Source of the DNA: an uncultured Gammaproteobacteria bacterium
GTDB taxonomy: Bacteria; Pseudomonadota; Gammaproteobacteria; UBA9214
Assembly: GCA_963748215.1 (NCBI GenBank)
Contig: CAVVHS010000008.1
Coordinates: forward strand, 352,001-416,000
Direction of reading: 5' to 3'
Length of the DNA: 64,000 bases
The translations under genes were made by a program, and so were the position numbers. The notes under the pieces are model-generated. The model was not told the origin of the DNA and did no database searches. It worked only from the letters and a program-made list of their open reading frames with translations. Positions 19,775-29,944 of this stretch are shown in pieces (the first letter of the stretch is position 1; each line of letters opens with the position of its first letter).

Positions 19775-20567
19775 ACCGCGCACCAAGCTGCTGCGGTCGC
19801 TGTATATCTGGCACCGCTATATCGGACTGGCCGCCGCACTGTTCGTTGTCGTGCTTGCCGCAACCGGGCTGCTGCTCAATCACACCGAGGAACTCGGCCT
19901 GGATTCCATCAAGGTCTCCTCGCCCGCCCTGCTCGACTGGTACGGCGTGCATGCGCCGGACAATGTCATCAGCTACCGGGCCGGCCCGCTCACCGTCACT
20001 GATGCGGCAGGCAGGATCTACCTGGACCAGGGTGTCCTGCCCAACGTGGAAGGACCGCTTGCGGGTGCCGTCGAATACGCCGGCCTCGTGGTCGTTGCCA
20101 CCGGCAAGCAGTTGCTGTTACTGACCCCGACGGGCGAACTCGTGGAACGACTGGACAATGCCAGCGGCGTACCGGCGGACATCCTCGCCATCGGCGTGGC
20201 CGGCAGCGGCGCGCTTGCCGTGCGCACCGCGCACGGCAGCTACGGGACTGACGAGAATTTTCTCGACTGGACCGCGCTGGACGATGTTGCAGCAGAATGG
20301 GCCACATCGACGCGGCTGACGGAACAGCAGCGGCTGGCGCTGAACCGCGCCTGGCGGGGCGACGGGCTGCCGCTGGAACGTATCATGCTGGACATGCACA
20401 GCGGCCGCATCCTCGGCACCGCGGGCGTCTATGTAATGGATGGCGCCGCCATCCTGTTCCTGCTGCTGGCAGCCAGCGGCGTGTGGCTGTGGATCAAACG
20501 GATTACCAGCGCCCGTGCGCATCAGCAAAAAATGCAGCAGCGCGGCGGCAGTCTCAGCGACGACTGA
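19752..20567 (+). CDS. PepSY-associated TM-helix domain protein
   Basis: WHRYIGL..ATGLLLNH and LDMHSGR: His-bearing TM helices flanking a periplasmic domain. Confidence 0.82.
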   Translation: MTRQPRTKPRTKLLRSLYIWHRYIGLAAALFVVVLAATGLLLNHTEELGLDSIKVSSPALLDWYGVHAPDNVISYRAGPLTVTDAAGRIYLDQGVLPNVEGPLAGAVEYAGLVVVATGKQLLLLTPTGELVERLDNASGVPADILAIGVAGSGALAVRTAHGSYGTDENFLDWTALDDVAAEWATSTRLTEQQRLALNRAWRGDGLPLERIMLDMHSGRILGTAGVYVMDGAAILFLLLAASGVWLWIKRITSARAHQQKMQQRGGSLSDD

Positions 20568-20636
20568 ACATTGCCGTAGTCCACGGGATGACGGCCACGC
20601 GACCGGCCGGGGAATTCCCCGGCTGAACGTGCCCGG

Positions 20637-22076
20637 TCAGTGCTGCCGGCGAGCGCGCAACCGCCACAGCACGAGCATGAAGGCCAGCAGCAACCAGAGT
20701 TCGCCAGCCTGCGCAACACCGGCATCCGGACTGCGCAGGCTGCAGGTAAATCCCCGGCTGCCGGCATCAATGCGGCTGAAAATCGCGGAGAATATTTCCG
20801 GGTTACCGGTCGTGTTGTCGGTCCAGACAACGCGATTGCTGCGTGGCGCAAGCCGCGCCTGCGGGTTGCAGCTGAGCGCCACCCCCGTGTCAGTCAGCGT
20901 TTCCGTCGTGATGAGCTTGCCGTCGTAGGTCATGTGGGCATTGTAGATGGTGTAATTCGGAGCAGCTGAATCTGACAGTTCGTATCGTCGAAATCCATGT
21001 AGATGGCATGCACGCGCCGGTCGGAGCCGATGCGTGAAAACACCCGCCAGGAATTCTGCGCCGGCGTGGCGGTAATCGCGGTTTCATGCAGGCGGATGAC
21101 GGCGAGATCCGCCATGCTGCCAGGCTGGACATGCAGCGCCGGATCCAGCGCGGTGAGATACACCTGTTCGTCGCCGTTGCCCACCAGCGTGGTCGCCTGT
21201 TTGTACACCACGTAGACCCGGTCATCCACCAGGTCGACGCTGACGGTGGCATTGCCGGCAGGCAGGCCGTCGTCCGCTGTCAACAGGGTGGGCGCAATCA
21301 GCACAGTGACGGCACCGGTAACCGCATCGACATCGAACATTGTGTAGTAGATCTCGTCCGCCGGCGCCCCTGGGATTGTACCTGGCTGGTATACACCACG
21401 TGCACGTGGCCGGCCGAATCGATGGCGATATCGGGCAGGTCGTTGCCGGTGCCTGCTGTCTGGGTGACACGTACACCGGTCGCCCGGCTCAGGTTCCCGT
21501 CGGGATCGACCTTCACATACTGCACCGGGCCACCGACGTCACTCTCCCACACCACGTGCAGGTTCCCGCTGCCGTCGATGGCCATGGCCGGATTGAGTGC
21601 GGGCCGGCCGTCTGCCGGGCTGGAGATGCGCACCTCATCAAGATTATTAGCGAGTCGTCTGCTTGATGGTCGTCAGAACGGCCGGCGTCAGGGGATCGAG
21701 ATCATCCAGTAACGGCTCCAGCCGCATGAACCAGACTTCCTGGTCAGCCAGATCCTGCCAGACCACGAACAGTCGGTTGCTGGCATCGATGGCGGTCACC
21801 GGGTGCGTGTTGGCGACTGCCGCTGCTGTCATTGATCTGGATGTCCGTAATCAGTTCGGTGCCGGCCGCGCCGAACAGCTTGAACAGGATGGCGCCGTTG
21901 CCATTGTCCACAACGGCGTCATGCCAGACCAGGTACAGGCCACCGCCTGTGCCGACGCGGTAGTCGGGGAAATCCGCCTGGTTCAATGGATTGTCGGTCA
22001 GCTGGATTGCAGCCTGTGCGAACGGCTGAACCAGCATGGCCAGCACTAGCAGCAGGCAGGAAATGATATGTCTCAC
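20637..22076 (-). CDS. Exported beta-propeller-like repeat protein with JDVT-CTERM-like C-terminal sorting tail; about 4 frameshifts
   Basis: Five co-linear ORF pieces: signal peptide AQA-A; repeats AIDASNRLFVVW / AIDGSGNLHVVW / AIDSAGHVHVVY; tail CSL...AGELWLLLAFMLVLWRLRARRQH. Confidence 0.68.
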
Positions 22077-22118
22077 GCAAACGTCTCCTTGGTCGGTTGC
22101 AGCGCGTAATCCGCGTCG

Positions 22119-22688
22119 CTATTTATCGAGGCGGGTGAACTTGGCACCTTCGAGCGTCAGGTTGTACATCAATCCCTTGTTGCTGAACACGAAGCCGACC
22201 ACGGGGTCCTTGATATCCACGCTATTGATATCTTCACCCACGCCCCACTCGATCAGCGCCACCGAGCCATCGACACCGGCCTTCCAGCCGTCGCTCTTGC
22301 GGAAGTCGGCCAGCGCCTGGCTGGTCATGAACACGATCACAATCGATTTCGACTGTGCGCCGATCTGGAAACCGATCGAGGCCGCCGCCGTGTTGTAGTA
22401 GTCAACAGTCTTGCCGCCGACCCGCAATGCACCCTCGCCGTATTCGCCACCGATGCCGAAGCCTGCCTTGATGACACTGGGAAACACCAGCACCCCGCTT
22501 GCCCGGCTGAGGAACTTGCTGCCGCCCTTGACCTCGCTGCGGAACTGCTCGAGCGTTTCCTGCACGCCGATATCGATCTCGGCCGCGGATTTGGCCAGCG
22601 CCTGGCCGGCGGACATCAGCCCGGACAGCAGCAGGGCAAGTATAGAGAGACGCATCATCAAGGACCTGCCAGTGCGGTAATCCATCAT
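22119..22688 (-). CDS. YSC84/SYLF-related lipid-binding protein
   Basis: GVLVFPSVIKAGFGIGGEYGEG, ASIGFQIGAQ, GLMYNLTLEG.KF; signal peptide. Confidence 0.88.
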   Translation of the reverse strand: MMDYRTGRSLMMRLSILALLLSGLMSAGQALAKSAAEIDIGVQETLEQFRSEVKGGSKFLSRASGVLVFPSVIKAGFGIGGEYGEGALRVGGKTVDYYNTAAASIGFQIGAQSKSIVIVFMTSQALADFRKSDGWKAGVDGSVALIEWGVGEDINSVDIKDPVVGFVFSNKGLMYNLTLEGAKFTRLDK

Positions 22689-22745
22689 TTTCTCCTCTTG
22701 ATCACTCATGCGATCCCCGCAGGGAATAGCCGGTTGAGGCCGGCA

Positions 22746-23795
22746 TCAGTCATCTATCACAATGCTGCGGCCCGGTGTCGGCGGCAGCTGCGGCAGCGGC
22801 TGCTGCGGGAACGGCCCGCTCAAAGCCCCCAGGAATGCCACGATGTCGGCGGTTTCGGCGTCGCCCAGGTCGCGGTTGAGCTGGGTCTTCGCCATCACGC
22901 GTACGGCATCACTCAGCGTCTTCACCGCACCGTTGTGGAAATATGGCGCGGTCAGGGCGATATTGCGCAGCGTCGGCACCTTCCACATGTCGCGATCCGC
23001 TTCCTTGCCGGTAACTGCGAAGCGGCCACCGTCTGCGGTGAAGGCGTACTTCTTTACATAGTCGTTGTCAGTGAAGGTCGGGAACTTCATGAAGAAGCCG
23101 GTACCCGGCGCCATGGCCGGACCGTTGAATGCGGCACCGGAATGGCAGGCGGTGCAACCCGTGCTGTCAAACGCCTGCATGCCGCGCACCTGCTGTTCGG
23201 TCATGGCCTGCTTGTCGCCCTTGACGTAAAGGTCGTAGGCGCTGTCCGGCGTGATCAGGGTGCGCTCGTAGGCCGCGACCGCCTTCGCCGCATTGTCCAC
23301 CGTCATCGGGTCCTTGCTGCCCGGGAAGGCCTTGTCGAAGTAGGGCCGGTAGCCGGGAATGTCACGCACCCGGTTCATCGCCTCTTCCACGTCGCTCATG
23401 CCCATTTCGATCGGGTTGGCCACCGGCCCCTTGGCCTGGTCCTCCAGTGTGGCGGCACGGCCATCCCAGAACTGGGACGAACCGAAGGCGGAGTTCCACA
23501 CCGTCGGCGCGCTGCGTCCGCCGGTCTTCCCGTGCACACCCATCGATACGGCACGGTTGTCTTCACCACCCAGCATCACGTTGTGACAGGAATTGCAGGA
23601 CACCGTCCCGGTCGAGGAAAAGCGCGGGTCGAGGAAAAGCATGCGGCCCAGCTCGACCTTCTCGGGAGTCGTAGGATTATCTGCCGGCGCGGGGGCCTGT
23701 GCCGGCAGTGCCTGCCAGTCCGCCGCCAGTGCCAGCGCCGAGGAAACGCCAAGAACTGCAACCAGGATCCCTTGCCTGTACCTGTACCACTGCAT
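22746..23795 (-). CDS. Di-heme cytochrome c peroxidase
   Basis: Heme motifs CNSCH and CTACH; QFWDGRA, ANPIEMG, KVPTLRNIALTAPYFHNG. Confidence 0.92.
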   Translation of the reverse strand: MQWYRYRQGILVAVLGVSSALALAADWQALPAQAPAPADNPTTPEKVELGRMLFLDPRFSSTGTVSCNSCHNVMLGGEDNRAVSMGVHGKTGGRSAPTVWNSAFGSSQFWDGRAATLEDQAKGPVANPIEMGMSDVEEAMNRVRDIPGYRPYFDKAFPGSKDPMTVDNAAKAVAAYERTLITPDSAYDLYVKGDKQAMTEQQVRGMQAFDSTGCTACHSGAAFNGPAMAPGTGFFMKFPTFTDNDYVKKYAFTADGGRFAVTGKEADRDMWKVPTLRNIALTAPYFHNGAVKTLSDAVRVMAKTQLNRDLGDAETADIVAFLGALSGPFPQQPLPQLPPTPGRSIVIDD

Positions 23796-24132
23796 AACTT
23801 TCTCCGGAAAATAAGTAGGAAATTGAACAAACAACACCAGGCGGCAGATTCTAGCGGAAACGGCAGGGCATCGACAGGGTGCACGGGGCAATCGCCGAAC
23901 TGATCAGCCTGCGGCCGCAACGCGGATGCGGCTTTCCGTTATTATTCCGTGTACTTGCGAAGCCTGCCCCAGGGGAGCAGGGGCGCTACGTGCGGCATCG
24001 TGTCGCATGCCGCGGCAGGCCGGCGCCCGTCTCCGGAGCGCGGATTGCTTGACCAGACAGTGCGCGGGCGCTGCGAGTAAGGTAACAGAGGCCGCCACGC
24101 CGCGCGGGCCTTCTGACGTTTCGCGACAGGAC

Positions 24133-26397
24133 CTAGTTGCCGGCGCGCACCAGTCCACCCAGGCCGCCCTGCTCCAGCACGCTGTTGTACATTTCGCGAA
24201 TGGCACGGGGCTCCTCGAGCGCCAGCGCCTGCTCCAGCAGCTCGACAGCCTCGCTCTGCGTGAAACTGCGGATCACCCACTTCACGCGCTGCAGGTTGCT
24301 GGCGCTCATGCTGAGGCTGTTGACCTTCAGGCCGAGCAGGGCCAGCGCCGCGGCCGGATCGCCCGCCATCTCGCCGCACACGCTCACCGGCTTGCCTAGC
24401 TTGTGGGCATCGGTCACCACCTGCTGGATGGCGCGGAGCACGGCTGGATGCAGGGACTGGTAAAGACCTGCCACGCGTGAGTTGTTGCGATCGACCGCCA
24501 GCAGGTACTGGGTCAGGTCGTTGGTGCCGATCGAGAAGAAATCCACCCGCCGCGCCATCGCCGCTACCTGGTAGACCGCGGACGGCACCTCGACCATGAT
24601 GCCGATGGGCGGCCGCACCACCGGCATGCCGTCCTCGAGCAGTTCGCCGTGCGCCTGGTTGATCAGCGTCAGCGCGATATCGACCTCACTGACCGACGAC
24701 ACCATCGGCAGCATGATGGTCAGGTTATTGAGATGAATACTGGCCCGCATCATGGCGCGGATCTGGGTGAGAAAGATTTCCGGATGATCGAGGGAGATGC
24801 GGATGCCGCGCCAGCCCAGGAACGGGTTGTCCTCGTGCACCGGGAAATACGGCAGCATCTTGTCGCCGCCGACATCGAGCGTGCGCAGGGTCACCGGCCG
24901 CGGTGCGAACGCCTCCAGCGCCGTGCGGTAGATGCGCAGCTGCTCGTCCTCCGAGGGAAAGCGGTCCTGCATCAGGAACGGCACCTCGGTGCGGTACAAG
25001 CCGACCCCGTCACCGTCACCGTGCACCTCCTGCCCGAGACCCGAGACCAGGCCGATATTCAGGTACAGCGGCACGGCTATGTTATCGGGCGTGATCGAGG
25101 GCTGGCCGATGACCTTCTTCAGCGTTTCGGTGAGCTCCGTCTCCTGCGACTGCAGCAGCAGGAACTCCTCGCGCACCAGCGGGGTGGGATTGATGAACAC
25201 GTCGCCGCGGTAACCGTCGGCGATGATGGTCTGGCCTTCAAGGCGCCCGACCGGCATGTCCTCGATACCCATTACGGCCGGGATGCTGAGTGCCTGCGCC
25301 AGGATCGCCACGTGCGAGGAACTGGAGCCGCTGGCACAGACAATACCGGCCAGGTTCTCCAGCGGGATCTCCGCCAGCTGCCCGGCACTGATATCCTCGC
25401 CGACCAGCACCGTGCGCGGATAGATCTCGATTCCCGCCGGCGGGCCGCTCTGCATGTGGGTCAGTATGCGTCGACCCAGATCGCGGATGTCGCTCGCACG
25501 TTCGCGCAGATAGCTGTCCTCCATGGATTCGAACACGCTCACATGCTGCGACACCGTCTCGCGCAGGGCACCGGGCGCCCAGTTGCCCGCACGGATGCGT
25601 TCGATGGTTTCCGCCACCAGGCTGTCGCCACCCAGCATCAGCAGCAGCGCGTCGAACAGCGCCAGCTCTTCCGGCGGCAACACGGCGGACATGCGGTTGG
25701 CATAGGCTCGCAGGTCATCCCGGACGGCGTCGACAGCCGACTGGAAGTTGGCCACCTCCGCATCCGGGTCCGCCGCCACGCGATCCGGTATGGCGTCCAG
25801 GTTGGCCGGGGGATAGACCACCATGGCCTGGCCGATGGCGACACCGGGTGATCCCGGCAGGCCGCGCAGGGCGGCCGAAACCCTCTCGGTACGGGCCAGT
25901 GCGCTGGTGATCTCGCCGCTGGCGCCGGCATGGGTGATGGCACCGGCCAGCTGCGCCGCCAGCGTCACCAGGAAGGCCTCCTCCTCGTCTTCGAAGCGGC
26001 GCACCTTGCGCTGGCGCACGACCAGCACGCCGAGCACCTTGCCATGCTGGATGATGGGCACGCCGAGAAATCCGTGGTAGGGATCCTCGCCGGTCTCGGC
26101 GACGAACATGTAGCGCGGGTGACTGGGCGCATCCTCGATGTTCACCGGCTCCTCGCGCTCGCACACCATGCCGACCAGGCCCTCGCCGTAACGCAGGCGC
26201 ACCTTGCCGACGGCGTTCTGCCGCAGACCCTCTGTCGCACGCAGCACGAACTCTCGACGCTCGGTATCGCGCAGGTACACCGAGGCAACGTCGACATTCA
26301 CCGAGGCACGCACCCTTTGCACAATGATCTTCAGCGCCTGCTCAAGATCAGGTGCGGTGTTGACCTCCTGGATGATACGTCTGAGCGTTTCCAGCAT
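24133..26397 (-). CDS. ptsP: PEP-protein phosphotransferase EI(Ntr) with GAF domain
   Basis: MLETLRRIIQEVN GAF domain; SSHVAILA, GLYRTE, NPFLGWRGIR, SIGTNDLTQY, CGEMAGDP. Confidence 0.96.
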   Translation of the reverse strand: MLETLRRIIQEVNTAPDLEQALKIIVQRVRASVNVDVASVYLRDTERREFVLRATEGLRQNAVGKVRLRYGEGLVGMVCEREEPVNIEDAPSHPRYMFVAETGEDPYHGFLGVPIIQHGKVLGVLVVRQRKVRRFEDEEEAFLVTLAAQLAGAITHAGASGEITSALARTERVSAALRGLPGSPGVAIGQAMVVYPPANLDAIPDRVAADPDAEVANFQSAVDAVRDDLRAYANRMSAVLPPEELALFDALLLMLGGDSLVAETIERIRAGNWAPGALRETVSQHVSVFESMEDSYLRERASDIRDLGRRILTHMQSGPPAGIEIYPRTVLVGEDISAGQLAEIPLENLAGIVCASGSSSSHVAILAQALSIPAVMGIEDMPVGRLEGQTIIADGYRGDVFINPTPLVREEFLLLQSQETELTETLKKVIGQPSITPDNIAVPLYLNIGLVSGLGQEVHGDGDGVGLYRTEVPFLMQDRFPSEDEQLRIYRTALEAFAPRPVTLRTLDVGGDKMLPYFPVHEDNPFLGWRGIRISLDHPEIFLTQIRAMMRASIHLNNLTIMLPMVSSVSEVDIALTLINQAHGELLEDGMPVVRPPIGIMVEVPSAVYQVAAMARRVDFFSIGTNDLTQYLLAVDRNNSRVAGLYQSLHPAVLRAIQQVVTDAHKLGKPVSVCGEMAGDPAAALALLGLKVNSLSMSASNLQRVKWVIRSFTQSEAVELLEQALALEEPRAIREMYNSVLEQGGLGGLVRAGN

Positions 26398-26476
26398 GGG
26401 TGGGGGTCCGGTTTGCATGAGGGGGATCAGCTTGTTGCCGTACAGGAAAGCCTGTACACGAAGGGCGCGGGTGGCG

Positions 26477-26992
26477 TCACTGACCGGTATCGCAGTTCGA
26501 CGGGGAGTGCGACATGCCATCGGGAAACAGCAGTGGTGCCAGTTCGTTCAGCGCCTGCCGGTAGACCTTGCGCTTGAAGGCGACGACCTCGTTGAGCGGC
26601 TGCCAGTAGTCGACCCAGCGCCAGCGATCGAACTCCGGCCGCTCGCACCGGTCCAGGCAGACGGCACGGTCAGCGCACAGTTTGCGCAAGAGGAACCAGA
26701 CCTGTTTCTGCCCGATACACAGCGGCCGGCTGGAATGGCGGATGTACTGGCGCGGCAGGCGGTAGCGCAGCCAACCGCGCGTGGCGCCGATGACCTCGAC
26801 GTCGTCCGGCTGCAACCCGATCTCCTCGCCCAGCTCGCGGTACATGGCCTCGGCCGGCGTCTCGTCCGAACGCATGCCGCCCTGCGGGAATTGCCAGGCG
26901 TCCTGCCCCGCGCGGCGCGCCCACAGCAGCTGCCCGTCGCCGTTGCACAGGATTATACCTACATTCGGTCTGAAACCATCCGGATCAATCAC
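26477..26992 (-). CDS. rppH: RNA pyrophosphohydrolase
   Basis: [15 protein letters not shown]; Nudix box WQFPQGG...RELGEEIG; [11 protein letters not shown]. Confidence 0.96.
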   Translation of the reverse strand: MIDPDGFRPNVGIILCNGDGQLLWARRAGQDAWQFPQGGMRSDETPAEAMYRELGEEIGLQPDDVEVIGATRGWLRYRLPRQYIRHSSRPLCIGQKQVWFLLRKLCADRAVCLDRCERPEFDRWRWVDYWQPLNEVVAFKRKVYRQALNELAPLLFPDGMSHSPSNCDTGQ

Positions 26993-27135
26993 TTATTGAA
27001 CCTTGCTCGAAAGCATGAATGGCAATGATTCTCCCATAGGCGGCTTTTTCTGGCAAATGGCGGCAGCCGCGACACGCATGAAAGCAACACCCGTTCGTGT
27101 ATCCTTGGCGGCCTTCGGCAACGGGAGCAGGTACG

Positions 27136-27789
27136 GTGGGCATTGCATTGTTCGACCTCGACAACACGCTGATCGCGGGTGACAGCGATTACCTGTGGGG
27201 TTGTTTCCTGGTCGAGCAGGGTATCGTGGACGGCCCGCGCTACGAACAGGCAAACCGCCGCTTCTACGACCAGTACAAGGTCGGCGAACTGGACATCCAC
27301 GCGTTCCTGGCCTTCCAGCTGCGGCCGCTTGCCGAACACGACCTGTCGCTGCTGCAGCGCTGGCGCGCGCAGTACATAAAGGAAATGATCGTGCCCATCC
27401 TGTTGCCGAAGGCCCGGCAACTGATCGAGCGTCATCGCGAGCAGGGCGACACCCTGGTGGTGATCACCGCCACCAACAGTTTCATCACCCGCCCCATCGT
27501 CGACCTGTACGGTATCGAGCACCTGCTCGCCACCGAGCCCGAGCGGGTTGCCGGCCGCTACACCGGCGGCGTCGCCGGCATCCCCTGCTTTCAGGAAGGC
27601 AAGGTCAGGGTGCTGGAAGGCTGGCTCGCCGGCAGGCAGCAGTCTCTCGAGGACAGCTGTTTCTACAGCGACTCGCACAATGACCTGCCGCTGCTCTCCC
27701 GCGTGACCAGGCCGACCGCGGTGGATCCGGACGACATACTGGAGGCGCACGCGCGGCAGCAGAACTGGCCGGTGATCAGCCTGCGATGA
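27136..27789 (+). CDS. HAD-IB family hydrolase
   Basis: FDLDNTLIAGDSD, ITATN, FYSDSHNDLPLL. Confidence 0.92.
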   Translation: MGIALFDLDNTLIAGDSDYLWGCFLVEQGIVDGPRYEQANRRFYDQYKVGELDIHAFLAFQLRPLAEHDLSLLQRWRAQYIKEMIVPILLPKARQLIERHREQGDTLVVITATNSFITRPIVDLYGIEHLLATEPERVAGRYTGGVAGIPCFQEGKVRVLEGWLAGRQQSLEDSCFYSDSHNDLPLLSRVTRPTAVDPDDILEAHARQQNWPVISLR

Positions 27790-27826
27790 CGATCGTTACG
27801 TCACCGGGCAACGGGACGTCGGCGGG

Positions 27827-28825
27827 ATGCTGAGCCTGATGCATGGACCGCGGCTGCTGATGCTGCTCCTGCTGCTGGTCGTGTGCAGCGCGGCAATCAG
27901 CCTGCTCACCGGCAGTGTCGGGAGTGACTGGCACGACCTGCTGGCCGCGCTGGCCGGAGACTACGACAACACCACGACCGCGGTGATCCTGGAACTGCGC
28001 TGGCCCCGTACCGCGGCCGCTTTCACCACCGGCGCCTTGCTGGCCACGGCCGGCGCGCTGATGCAGGTGCTGCTGCGCAACCCGCTGGCCGATCCCTACG
28101 TGCTCGGGGTGTCGGGCGGCGCGGCAACCGGCGCACTGCTCGCCATGCTGTTCGGCATGGGCGCGCTGTGGCTGCACGGCGCGGCATTCGGCGGCGCCCT
28201 GCTGTCCATGCTGCTGGTGTTCGTGCTGGCGCATGGCAGCGGTAGCTGGAGCAGCCAGCGACTGCTGCTCACCGGTGTCGTGGTGGCCGCCGGCTGGGGT
28301 GCGACGATCGGCTTCCTGCTGGCGGTGAGTCCCGACCAGGGCCTGCGCAGCATGCTGTTCTGGCTGATGGGTGACCTGTCGTTCGCCGCCATGCCCTACA
28401 CCGGCGCCGGCGTGCTGCTGTGCGGACTGGTGCTGGGCATCGCGCTCGGACGCCCGCTCAACATCCTCACCCACGGTGAACGCACCGCAGCCGCGCTGGG
28501 CGTCACGGTGCCGTCGCTGCGGCGCCTCATCTACCTGCTGGCCTCGCTGCTGACCGCCACCGCCGTGACCCTGGCCGGCAACATCGGCTTCGTCGGCCTG
28601 ATCGTGCCGCATATACTGCGCCTGCTCGGGCTGCGCGATCACCGCATCCTGCTGCCGGCGGCTGCATTGCTGGGCGGCTGTCTGCTGATCGTGGCCGACA
28701 CGCTGGCGCGCAGCCTGCTCGCGCCGCGCCAGCTGCCGGTCGGCATCCTCACCGCGCTGATCGGCGTGCCGCTGTTCCTGGCCCTGCTGCGGCGTGGCCG
28801 GGACCAGGACACCGCACTGGCCTGA
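27827..28825 (+). CDS. FecCD/BtuC-family ABC permease (probably cobalamin)
   Basis: LRNPLADPYVLGVSGGA, IGFVGLIVPH, LPVGILTALIG; cobalamin locus context. Confidence 0.9.
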   Translation: MLSLMHGPRLLMLLLLLVVCSAAISLLTGSVGSDWHDLLAALAGDYDNTTTAVILELRWPRTAAAFTTGALLATAGALMQVLLRNPLADPYVLGVSGGAATGALLAMLFGMGALWLHGAAFGGALLSMLLVFVLAHGSGSWSSQRLLLTGVVVAAGWGATIGFLLAVSPDQGLRSMLFWLMGDLSFAAMPYTGAGVLLCGLVLGIALGRPLNILTHGERTAAALGVTVPSLRRLIYLLASLLTATAVTLAGNIGFVGLIVPHILRLLGLRDHRILLPAAALLGGCLLIVADTLARSLLAPRQLPVGILTALIGVPLFLALLRRGRDQDTALA

Positions 28826-28831
28826 CCTGGC

Positions 28832-29599
28832 ATGGCATTGCTGCAGACAGACGACCTGGATGTCTCCATCGCCGGCCTGCCGGTGTGCCGCAGACTCGGC
28901 CTGCGCATCGAGCCCGGCGAATGCTGGTGCATCCTCGGTCGCAACGGTGCTGGCAAGACCACACTGCTGCACACGCTGGCCGGCCTGCACGCACCGGACA
29001 GCGGCACTATCGCATTGCAGGGCAAGCCACTCGCAACCTTGCCGCGCAAGACCATTGCCCGGCACATCGGCGTGCTGTTCCAGGATCACCACGACGCCTT
29101 CCCGGCCACGGTGCTGGAAACGGTGCTGACCGGTCGACACCCGTGGCTGGGAGCCCTGCAATGGGAGACGGCAGCCGACTACACCGTGGCGCGCGAGGCA
29201 CTGGCCGCCGTCGACCTGGCGGCGCTGGAGGCACGCAACGTCGGCACCCTGTCCGGCGGCGAGCGCCGCCGCCTCGGCATCGCCACGCTGCTGACCCAGC
29301 AAGCCCAACTGCTGCTGCTGGACGAGCCGGCCAATCATCTCGACATCCACCAGCAGGTGCGCATGCTCGACCTGCTCCGGCAACAGTCTGTGCGCGGCGA
29401 CCGCGCACTGTGCATCGTCATGCACGATCTCAATCTTGCCACGCGCTACTGCAACCGTTTCCTGCTGCTGTTCGGCGACGGCACCTTCCTGCAGGGCGAC
29501 CGGGATGCCGTGATGACGGAGACCAGCCTGGAACGGCTCTACCGGCATCCGCTGCGCCGTATCGATGCTGCCGGCGGACCGGTGTGGATACCGGCATGA
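28832..29599 (+). CDS. ABC transporter ATP-binding protein (BtuD/FecE-like)
   Basis: GRNGAGKT, LSGGE, LLLLDEP, MHDLNLA. Confidence 0.92.
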   Translation: MALLQTDDLDVSIAGLPVCRRLGLRIEPGECWCILGRNGAGKTTLLHTLAGLHAPDSGTIALQGKPLATLPRKTIARHIGVLFQDHHDAFPATVLETVLTGRHPWLGALQWETAADYTVAREALAAVDLAALEARNVGTLSGGERRRLGIATLLTQQAQLLLLDEPANHLDIHQQVRMLDLLRQQSVRGDRALCIVMHDLNLATRYCNRFLLLFGDGTFLQGDRDAVMTETSLERLYRHPLRRIDAAGGPVWIPA

Positions 29600-29611
29600 G
29601 GGGGGATCGCC

Positions 29612-29641
29612 TTGACACCCTCACGCCCCCGGACGTACAGT
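29612..29641 (+). promoter_or_regulatory. sigma70 promoter for the riboswitch-btuB transcript
   Basis: TTGACA (29612-17), 18 bp spacer, TACAGT (29636-41). Confidence 0.6.
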
Positions 29642-29653
29642 CCGCGGTGCATT

Positions 29654-29841
29654 GTTGCAGGTGTTCCGCGAACGTTCGTTCACGGGATGAAACGGGAAGC
29701 CGGTGCGTCACCTTCATGACCAGTCCGGCGCTGCCCCCGCAACGGTAAGCGAGTCAAGGCGAATCGAAACACCACTGCGCACGCGCGGGAAGGTGGTTCG
29801 CCGGGGAAACCCGCTCGCAAGCCCGGAGACCGGCCTGCAAC
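29654..29841 (+). ncRNA. Cobalamin riboswitch
   Basis: P1 GTTGCAGG/CCTGCAAC; conserved AAACGGGAAGCCGGTG, CCGGCGCTGCCCCCGCAACGGTAA, CCACTG..GGGAAGG; B12 box GCCCGGAGACCGGCC. Confidence 0.93.
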
Positions 29842-29944
29842 CAACTTGTTCGAGTCGCGGAGGGCGATACCGGCAGACCGATACCCCGGCCTGTTGCGTT
29901 TCTCCATGACACCCGACTGCGCGGGTGGGCGCACTGGAGAAACC

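Noticed and set aside
27776-29548. 590-aa minus-strand ORF
   Set aside because: Antisense shadow of the ABC permease and ATPase.
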